NCBI GenBank assembly: GCA_951406725.2
Contig: OX597823.1
Span: forward strand, 113,894,001 to 113,958,000
DNA from: Octopus vulgaris
Taxonomy: Eukaryota
Length of the DNA: 64,000 bases
Direction of reading: 5' to 3'
The position numbers and the translations under genes were made by a program. The first letter of the stretch is position 1. Each line of letters starts with the position of its first letter. A model generated the notes under the pieces. The model saw only the letters and a program-made list of their open reading frames with translations, made no database searches and was not told where the DNA came from. This document shows, piece by piece, positions 54,101-64,000 of this stretch.

Positions 54101-55393
54101 TTAAGAGCTTTTTGTTTGATAAATTTAAGAGTTTATGTCAATGAAGGTGTGTGTATGTATGAGAGGTTTGTGGACGTGTTGTTATTGTGTGCATTAATAT
54201 GCAAAGTTACGTATATGTTTTATTGATAACTACATAAAAACGTATATATGTATATACTCATTCACATACACACATATACACGCATAGATACACATATACG
54301 CGTACGCACACACATATACTTCTGTTGATACGAAATTGATTCGCTTGCAAAATACTGTCTCTACTTCTACATCATATTTCATCTCTCTCTCTCTCTCCCT
54401 CTCTCTCTCTTTCTCTTTCTACACCAGCAACTGTAATATAAAACCAAAAATGGCATGATGCAATACTGTACATTGTCCACTAGGAATATCATATACTTAA
54501 ATCCATAAAGAATATATCGGAATTAAAGTATTTCCTAAAACATGGCGCCTTAAAGAAGTTTCATTTTACAAGCGTCTTGCGTAGACAGAAAATAAAAGAT
54601 ATTATATACGAAGATGTTTTGTGATTTTCGAAACACGAAGATATTCCTATAGTATTTCACATGATTGTCTATATGCTCACATATCTAACATATTCATACA
54701 GCGCTAAGAAAAGGATGTTATTCTCAAGATTTGTGAAAGTTGATAAAATCCAGTTTATGTAGCTACAGATTATGTTTTTGCTTTTGTGTTTTTTAGTTCA
54801 GCTTGCTTCCTTCTCTTTATTATCGCAAACACTACAGAAAGAATGTATATAGATATAAATTCTTGAGAATAATACAATACCTTCATCCGCCATTTTTACT
54901 ACAACGACATCAACATCACGTACATTACTGCAGTCACTAACGCCACACCATCACCACCGCCCCATACGAGCAACAACACTGCTGAAAACTGTCCATGCCA
55001 GTTTCACGGACATTTTTCTCCTCAACGTTGTCCTCCTCCTCATCATCATCATAGTCATCGGTGGCGTTGTCATCATCGTTACCACCACTATCATCTTATA
55101 TTATGAATTCGTTGACACGTGATTTTTATTAGCTAACGTGTGGAACACACCTACCCACACAACGTCCATCAGCTACCACCACCACCACTACAACTACCAC
55201 AGTCGCCCCTACTACTAATACAAGAATAACAACATCTACAACTAGTACGACTACCACCACCATTCCTGCAGCTTTGTTTTGTTACTTTCATTTGCAGGTA
55301 ATGCAAAACATGACAATCTATGAATAACTGTAGATATACTTAACAAACAGTAAGAATTATTAGCATTCAACGAACGGTGGTATCTAAAATCCT

Positions 55394-55626
55394 AAGGCGG
55401 CGAGCTGGCAGAAAAGTTAGCACGCCGGACGAAATGCGTAGCGGTGTTTCGTCAACCTTTACGTCCTGAGTTCAAATTCCGCCGAGGTCGACTTTGCCTT
55501 TCATCCTTTCGGGGTCGATAAATTAAGTACCAGTTGCGCACTGGGGTCGATGTAATCAACTTAAACCGTTTGTCTGTCCGTGTTTGTCCTCTCTGTGTTT
55601 AGCCCTTTCTGGGTAGTAAAGAAATA
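55394..55626 (+). mobile_element. SINE family A monomer with TSD
   Basis: Complete head and unit, flanked by ggtatctaaaatcc (55379-55392) / ggtatctaaagtcc (55627-55640). Confidence 0.92.
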
Positions 55627-56614
55627 GGTATCTAAAGTCCCACACAACGCTATGCTTCAGTTGACTATGACACATAACACCATTCAGTGTTTTTATATTA
55701 CCTTTTACACTTACTCCTACTCGTCTTACTGCTTTATTGTCCTTTTCTCTAATATACCTCGCTATTAAAAATTTCTATATGTAATTCACTACAATGGTAG
55801 ACCCATTTAATCACCCGGTTTAATAAAATTAGACAGATATTAGGGTGCATTCAGAGAATTCTACACTGTTGCAATAATTCAGGAGAGATTAGTCAGAGAA
55901 TAACCCAGCATCTTAAAGCGTTGCTTCCTACAATTTCTCCTGATATACAGTACAAATGTTTTTAGAATATGCAGTGGAGAGAGGTGCACTACAAGAAAAG
56001 TATCATGTAAAGCACTTACAAGTAAAACATCATGAATCCACTCCCTTTTCTATTGGATCAATCTTTTACCCAAAGTCTTATATCTAAGATACGTACATTG
56101 ATCTAAATCCTAACAGGCAACAAACCATTCACTGTAATTATTTTCTCCTGATTTCTACAAATGTCGGATCTACTACAAACCCGAAGAAGCTCTCTTTCTT
56201 TTTTAATTATCCTAGTAAAAAGAATCCGTGAAAAACTGAACTGTATTATATTCAAAAAGACTAGATAAATGAGTTATTCGGCACATTTGTCAGACATGTA
56301 TTGACCTATACAGAGCTTTGTTTTATATTTTTACCTTATTAAGTTTCATTCTCAGGTGAAACGTCACACACAGCATTCTGTATTATACTCTTATACTGGC
56401 ATTAGAAAAAAAATCGTAGTTTCAAGCAGCCGTCTTATAAACAAATACAAGTTTACCTCGATGTCTCCGCGACAGGATATTCATCCAACTCTTGGGAAAA
56501 AACAGTGGTAATCGATAACCAAAGCTAGAGAAAGCGGTTGTAAAACGGGTGAATTTCTAAGAAATTAAACCCATTAGATTTCAACTGGACTATTTATTAT
56601 TGGTGACGGGAGCT

Positions 56615-56664
56615 GCCGCGCCAATCGTCGTAAGTCGTGTAGGTCGTAAGTCGACGACGACCTG
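56615..56664. mobile_element. Solo pogo/Tigger-like terminus
   Basis: Reverse complement TA-CAGGTCGTCGTCGACTTACGACCTACACGACTTACGAC, with the repeated cgacttacgac typical of such ends. Partner end not found. Confidence 0.55.
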
Positions 56665-57692
56665 TATGTACCACTATTTCTATTTAAAGCTGGTTATATT
56701 TGTATAATTATGTTAGAGAGCTTAAAGCTTGCTTTAAATAATTTGGCATTTAATTCTGTAAAGGATCATTTCAGAACATTTGCAGGCTTGATTGTTCCTA
56801 CTTCAAGTGAAAATGCAATATTCATAGTAATACACTATGGCTTTCAGGTGTATTAGTGATGAGAAATATAATCAGCAGAACCAGATATAGCAAACCAACA
56901 TCCCGAAAGAAACAGAAATATCACAAATGCAAAATCTGGTATCGAGTCATAAAATAAAATTATTTGTAACCTAAGGGGAGTTCACGTTCTTCACCTTTAA
57001 TATGAAACGAAAACGCTGGAAAAGTCTAAATTCACTTTTCATCTACATATGTATATTATTTAGTGAACGTAATAAATTATCTTCCACCATAGATAGTGTT
57101 TTAAAGCAAAAGAAGGTGGAAAACAATTTGAATAGAATATATAAAAAGACGATATACAGAGCCAAAATAATATGTAACAAGGTTCAGGAGAAATTGCATT
57201 ATATTTCCAGGAAACATTAAAATTTTTTTTTTAAACTGATACAAATCCAATAAAACTATAGTACGAGAAAGAGAGAGAAATGATACTGTTGAAGGTTATG
57301 AAATTATCAAAATGTACACGATCATTAAATGTAGAAAGCCAAGTAAAAATAGACATGCATTAGACAAGAATTCAAAGAGATAAACCTTCATATGAATAGA
57401 TCAAAATGATTCTTGTACAATAAAATATATTATTAAGGAATGCTAGATATGCAACAGGCATTAGCTAATGAACTGTAATGGGGGTCTATAATTCAGTTGA
57501 TATTACCTTGTACTTTATAGTGTAGACAGTTAAATCAACCTCATTTAGTTTATGAAAACAGCCTATTAGTGACAATACATAAAAGCCAATAGAAACAACC
57601 ATTAAGCGTGGTCTGATATAGGAATACTATACACACAAACACACAAACACGCATATATACACACATACATACACAGAGAGAGAGAAGAGGAG

Positions 57693-57834
57693 GAAGAAGA
57701 AGAAGAAGAAGAAGAAGAAGAAGAAGAAGAAGAAGAAGAAGAAGAAGAAGAAGAAGAAGAAGAAGAAGAAGAAGAAGAAGAAGAAGAAGAAGAAGAAGAA
57801 GAAGAAGAAGAAGAAGAAGAAGAAGAAGAAGAAG
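57693..57834 (+). repeat. Long pure (GAA)n microsatellite, about 47 units
   Basis: Seen directly. Confidence 0.97.
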
Positions 57835-58102
57835 GATGAACGCAATCACTCACGCTCATATAGGTGTACATGTTTGCACGTGTGAGTGTGCGCTCCGAAT
57901 AGCAATTATATAAGAAAAACCCAATTAAACATGGAGCTAAATGCTATACTTTTAGCTAACATCCAAACTTACTTTAGTCACGATCAACAATGTTATGAAA
58001 TAGTTAGAAATGTATTTTCTCAACAGGATGAGGAATATACACACACATATATTTATCAGTGTGTACATGAGTTTATAAAATATTTATGTATAATATGTAA
58101 TT

Positions 58103-58145
<43 letters not shown>

Positions 58146-58520
58146 CTCCAAGAAAGTTAGGGATTATAAATCCAACCAACTAAGGGATAATATGTATCCA
58201 ATATACTGCTGGTAGAATACCCAATTATTAATACACAAGTGTTTTTTATTGCATTGCAATTACATTACCTAGTGTACTAAATGGGTGAAGGTAAAGAGAT
58301 ATCTTACCATTAATTTATGTCGCAAATAAAAAAAATGGAGAACAACAGGTGGTTCATCAACTTTTGGACATCGGAATGTTAACTTTTTTATTTATTAAAC
58401 TGATAATTATAACATACATACATATAGCATATTATTCTTTGCATATGAGATATAAGATATCCTAATATATAAAGATACCGGTTATTATTATAATAAAACA
58501 TGAATATAAATGGGTAAAAT

Positions 58521-58608
58521 AACTTACAGCTGTTTCAGCTAATAGATTAAAACAATCTCATTCTACCTATATTACTCAGGTGGACTGAGGTAAGGCTTCG
58601 TAAGAGTT
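58521..58608 (-). ncRNA. Type-I hammerhead motif with long loop II, one core substitution (G5U)
   Basis: Reverse complement aact-CTTACGA-AGC-(long loop containing ctcag tccac ctgag)-GCT-GAAA-CAGCTG-TA-agtt. Palindromic stem III ACAGCTGT. Lies in a (TA)n-flanked element of about 58140-58680. Confidence 0.65.
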
Positions 58609-58674
58609 TATAATGTACAAATGTTAAGTTTTAATAATGAATATAAATACAGAATAAACAAAATACACAGACAT

Positions 58675-58721
<47 letters not shown>

Positions 58722-59132
58722 TACAAATTTTGAATTAAAGATTTCCCGTCCTATGGATATTATAGAATAAAATATGGTCATTGGCGTCCAGCTGAAGCCC
58801 ATTGGCCTTCTGTGGAATATTTTTTCTGTCCTTTTTTCGCATATCATGATGAACCATAAGTCAATTTTCTTCGTATATCTACTGGTGTGAATCGATATAC
58901 TAAATAAGTTTGTTTTATCTTATATTTAGTACTATATGTATAGTTTATAAAACTATTTTTAAAAAGAGCTAAATTTATTGTTCTGTATCTTGCACTCACA
59001 CATATATACAAGATTAAACAAATATTAATTCATGGATATTGCGAAAATGCGCGAAAATAAAAGGGTACTTCAATGACCTTTTGTGTAATTCCATCGCCAC
59101 CGGCCCATCTCTTTTCTCTCTCTTTATCTAAC

Positions 59133-59168
59133 CTTTCTTTAGAAGAGCCAAGTCTCGAAACGTCAAAG
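59133..59168 (+). ncRNA. Decayed minimal hammerhead motif
   Basis: cttt-CTTTAGA-a-GAG ccaagt CTC-GAAA-CG-TC-aaag, with the same 3' flank (cctgagcgt..aa.taatac) as the 5298 and 41244 family. Confidence 0.5.
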
Positions 59169-59512
59169 AATTGTTTTTTTGATTCCCCTGAGCGTTAAAC
59201 TAATACACCCTGTTCGTTGTTCTTTCAATCGACTTCGTAGCCTGAGGATTTACATAAGGAATCAGTTGGTGAAATGAATTAATTGTAAACATTGGTGTAT
59301 GGCAGTAAAAGCTGAATAAATATTTATTGTTTCCGCATATTCAGAAATATGTTTAAAATGTTAATCTCTTTTGTTTTTTTAAAGTTCTTGTATAACTTGA
59401 GCATTTTACTAAGATGGAATTTGGTTGTAGATAAAGCTTTCGGAATTCCCTTAGTAATTTACAGTTATAGATTTGCGCTAATAACATTATTACTACTATT
59501 AATTGGTCTGTA

Positions 59513-59675
59513 AGGCCGGTACCTGGTAGAATCTTTATCGTGCCGGAAAAATGCTTACCGGAATAACAACCACCTTTATCCTCTGTGTTTAAATGGCGCC
59601 GAAGTCGACTTCGCCTTTCATTCCTTTCAGGGTCGACAAAAGAAGCACCAGTTAAACACTAGGACCAATGTAATC
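59513..59675 (+). mobile_element. SINE family A, degenerate
   Basis: ctggtagaatc..aaatgcttac..cgccgaagtcgacttcgcctttcattcctttcagggtcga. Confidence 0.7.
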
Positions 59676-59891
59676 CATTAACTACTGATCCATTTACTAA
59701 TAATCCATTAACTGACCTACCCACCAGTAACCGGGTCTTGCACCATGTAACAGCAATGATTATTAATAATTCTCTCTTTAGCTGGATAAGGTAACTACTC
59801 TTCTATCAAAGTTAAGGCATAAGAGGGCTTGGTAGTTTACTTTGCCTATACACATACCCATCTTCGAATTTTCAAGTCGTTTACGTAAGAT

Positions 59892-60156
59892 ACTCTTTTA
59901 CTCTCTTTTACTCTGTTACTTGTTTTAGTCATTTGACTGTGGCCATGCTAGAGCACGACCTTTAGTCGAGCAGATCGACCCCAGGACGTATTCTTTGTAA
60001 GCCTAGTACTTATTCTATACGTCTCTTTTTGCCGAACCGCAAATTTACGAGGACGTAAACACACCAGCATCCGTTGTCAAGCGATGGTGTGGGGAGACAA
60101 ACACAGACACACAAGCATATAGATACACATACACATATATATACATATATATACGT

Positions 60157-60195
<39 letters not shown>

Positions 60196-60361
60196 TACGA
60201 CGGGCTTCTTTCAGTTTCCGTCTACCAAATCCACTCACAAGGCGTTGGTCGGCCCGAGGCTACAGTAGAAGGCACTTCCCCAAGGTGCTACACAGTGGGG
60301 CTGAACCCGGAACCATGTGGTTGGTAAGCTAGCTACTTACCACACAGCCATTCCGGCGCCT
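59892..60361 (-). mobile_element. SINE family B, full length
   Basis: Reverse complement of the 15729-16146 type, with an expanded internal microsatellite. Confidence 0.9.
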
Positions 60362-61092
60362 ATATTAACATTTTTGCGTAACATACCTAACTTTCAGTGT
60401 TTTATTAGCACGTAGCGGCTCATATAGTTTAATAAATAGTATTTATGCTAACGAAGTCTCGGCAACATTTTGCTATATTTGTTTTATAAATGGCAGGTTG
60501 TTGTGGTGTTTTTGCAATACCAGGTAGCTTTGTGAAGTATATTTTTTATGATTAAACAAGGACTTTCCAGCTCCAAAACCTAAGTATTTCAGTTTCTGTT
60601 TTGTGAATGTGTCAGTCTTACATTTCTCACTGACATGAAATATGAAAACAGCAGGTTTTTCATTTGTGTTATAACTGATTTTCAAGTAGTGGTTTGATCA
60701 TAGAAGTGAAGTTATTCTTAAACGTTGCTTTGTGAGAAGTTTCCAATCGCTTCACTCATTTGTAAAAATACGTTCAAAGCTTCCGCATGTTCACTTAATC
60801 ATGGCAGTTCTATCTTTATATTATCAATGTTTCTTTTTCTTTCTTTCTGTTTTCCCTTGCCTGTGATTCATGTATTTGGTAACATTGTATTGCATTGTTG
60901 ATACTCTAAACTTACGAGTGTTTATTTTGCTGTTTGAGCTTCGTGTTTCTTTTCTACACATGTAACTTGCTGGTACAAGGGATTTCCACAAAATATGAGC
61001 AGGTGGAATAATAGCGTTTGACTCTCATCTTGTAAACAATCGACTAATCTCTCCTAAACTCTCTTCTGAATTGATATAAGCTTGATTCAGTT

Positions 61093-61692
61093 AAGGCGGC
61101 GAGCTGGCAGAGTCGTTAGCACGCCGGGCGAAATGCCTAGCGGTATTTCGTCTGCCGTTACGTTCTGAGTTCAAATTCCGCCGAGGTCGACTTTGCCTTT
61201 CATCCTTTCGGGGTCGATAAATTAAGTACCAGTTACGCACTGGGGTCGATGTAATTGACTTAATCCGTTTGTCTGTCCTTGTTTGTCCTCTCTGTGTTTA
61301 GCCCCTTGTGGGTAGTAAAGAAATAGGTATATCGTCTGCCGCTACGTTCTGAGTTCAAGTTCCGCCGAGGTCGACTTTGCCTTTCATCCTTTCGGGGTCG
61401 ATAAATTAAGTACCAGTTACGCACCGGAGTCGATATAATCGACTTAATCCGTTTGTCTGTCTTTGTTTGTCCCCTCTATGTTTAGCCCCTTGCGGGTAGT
61501 AAAGAAATAGGTATTTCGTCTGCCGCTACGTTCAGAGTTCAAATTGCGCCGAGGCCGACTTTGCCTTTCATCCTTTCGGGGTCGATAAATTAAGTGCCAA
61601 TTACGCACTGGAATCGATGTAATCGACTTAATCCGTTTGTCTGTCCTTGTTTGTCCTCTCTCTGTGTAGCCCATTGTGAGTAGTAAAGAAAT
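61093..61692 (+). mobile_element. SINE family A: one head plus three tandem 184-bp units within a single TSD
   Basis: ggtat.tcgtctgccg at 61142, 61326 and 61510. Flanked by atataagcttgattcagtt (61074-61092) / atataagcttgcttcagtt (61693-61711). Confidence 0.93.
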
Positions 61693-64000
61693 ATATAAGC
61701 TTGCTTCAGTTGAAATCTTTCGTTGATAGTTCTGCTATAGATAACCTCAATTTCTTACCTCAACATGTAACCCGCCTATTATTTGTAAGGATTAATTTTG
61801 TTACTTGGTTACTGCTACGATGTTATCTAGAAACCGCGCTTCTTAATATTAATTCGGAGGATATAACCGGTTCAACATTTTTTATGAAGGTTTATATTAA
61901 TGGCAACATCTTTACGAGGAAAATATGAATAGTGTATTGTATCGATGCAAATGAATTCAATACCTTTTTGTTGTACGTCTGTAACGTATGTATGTACGAC
62001 CTATGTAGGTGCTTACATTCGTATGGACTGAGAGACTATATACAAATTAGTTAAAAATAACATCTCTTGTAAACAAGCTAAATGTCATATCTTTCCAAAT
62101 TTTCATTTTTGTACTAAACTGAATCTGTATTCGGACCAAACAGAGGAGTAGGAGGCGGAGTAAGAGGAAAATAACGAACGTTAAGAGAGATAAAGTTGTG
62201 CATAAACACGAAGGGAATGTACTTTATGAAACTCGAGAGCAAAGTTGTTCAATGAGTATGTGGTAGTAGCGGCCTATCGTTATATAAATGATTTATATAA
62301 AATATTATTAAGAAAACGTTGCTGTTTTTTTTCTAGTTTTAGTTTAAATTATTTTATTCTTTATTTTATTTTCGTGTAGACAGATCTGTAAATTTAGTCA
62401 TTTATTAAGTGCATATATGTGATGAGAAACTAACTGACAGTAATCAGCATCACAGCAACACAGTAGCAACGCAAGAACAAAGCGGGGTTGTGAGTGAAGA
62501 GGTTTACGGGATGGAGCACTTCATTTCATGACTTTAAAGTAAAAACGAAGAAAAATCAGCTCGAACCGAATTCGTTATCATTAACTTCGGCACTTGACAA
62601 TAATAGGCACACATTTCACTTGACGCCCACGCACACCTTCGCCTTGCCGCCCACGCTCTCTTCTTTACACCTAGTCTATCGTTTCAGCTCTGTGTATCTC
62701 TTTCTCAGCATTTTTCTCTCTCTCACACTCTGTCTCTCTTTCTATAGCTACCTCTCTCTCCCCCCCCCCCTTGACGTGAGAAAGATAGAGAGGATATATT
62801 TGTGTGTGAGTGTGTGTGTTTATCTATGTGTGCATTTGTGTATGTGTTCGAGTGTGTGACTATATCACCATCTCTCTGCCTCTATATCTCTATCTCAAGT
62901 GTCTCATTACCTATCGGAGATAGATGAAACCATCGGGTACTTGATAACATATTCTTCAATAGAACGTTTTAGTATGAGTGATGGGGTTCAGGAAGTCTTT
63001 GGCTGGGCTATTAGTGAATAAGTGAGAGGGACAGAGGATGGGTGAGAGTAAAACGGGAAAGAGAGGTGGAAAGAGAGAAATGAAGAATTTTATCTCATTT
63101 ACACCCTTTAGTAGTGATCATCTCTTAAACGAAATATGCAAAATAAAAAATAAAATCTATCGCTTGTCCCAAATATAATGGACCATCAGACGTGACAAAA
63201 TTAGTCTTATTATAAATGGATGAATTTGACGTTAAATGCTTCATACTAGAAATCAGAAAATAATTCTTGATAGCTATATATGTGTGTACGTGCATCAGTG
63301 CATACACGTGCGTCTTCTGTTGGTATACGTGTGTAACTGCTTCTGATCTCTGCGTATAAGTGTGCGTCCGTACGTGCCTGTCAGAGCCTGAACCGTTTTA
63401 TACTTCTCTATTTCTTCTTCACTTTCATATTTCAAATGAAAGAAGCATAAGGTTAATGGCGTAAGCTTGCGGATTTGGGTAAGGAATACTCCCTGGAAAT
63501 ATTAAGATATTCTTCCAATATTTTCTAAGTACTTTTGATGGTTCATTCTACATGTAGCTCTTGGAAATCTATAAAGAAAAGCAAATTTACGATCATAGAC
63601 GAACAGTCCACAGAAATTTGCAAAAGCATACAACTCATTTGCACACACAGACTAATATTCACATACACACAGACATATAGGAATGCATTAGTGCAAATAT
63701 ATAAGTATGCGTGCGCATACACCCTTATGTATGCAAACGTTCGATACAGAACATATGGCAAAGGATCAGGTTTTTTAAATAGTATATAAGTTAAGAAAAC
63801 TGTTCTTTAGGGTTACCTATTTTGTCATCAGTAGAATCATAATAAAGTGAAAGGTCGAACTGGGGATGACTTAAAGTAATGACAGCGAGGCGTTATATTT
63901 GCTGCGTCATAAGTCACGTTCACTACGACCCACCAACTTCTTTCCATCTCTCTCTTTCCCCTATTTCTCTCTCCCTCTTCCTCCCCCTCTCTCTCTCTCC

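Noticed and set aside
61142-61692. Regular 184-bp repeats as a CRISPR-like or satellite array
   Set aside because: No unique spacers, eukaryotic context, and the units are SINE bodies.

Overview
AT-rich, microsatellite-saturated eukaryotic DNA. The (TA)n/(CA)n density and the SINE families resemble octopus/cephalopod genomes; this is inference from memory, not a search result. I recognise no host protein-coding exon, and nearly all ORF-track entries are translations of microsatellites. The window is a mosaic of mobile elements: at least three tRNA-derived SINE families, CR1/L2-group LINE 3' ends, Penelope-like (PLE) GIY-YIG remnants, Helitron/Helentron-type pieces, several MITEs and six Tc1/mariner copies, one of them a near-intact 1290-bp DD34D mariner. 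The most interesting signal is at the RNA level: about a dozen minimal type-I hammerhead ribozyme motifs sit in short non-coding elements embedded in microsatellites. One has a fully canonical core (27035-27108, minus). Another caps a long imperfect stem in a 364-nt unit present as about 1.3 tandem copies plus about 1.3 inverted, permuted copies (34465-35364); this is a candidate retrozyme or viroid-like circular RNA element. All alignments and foldings were done by eye, and the boundaries of degraded elements are approximate.
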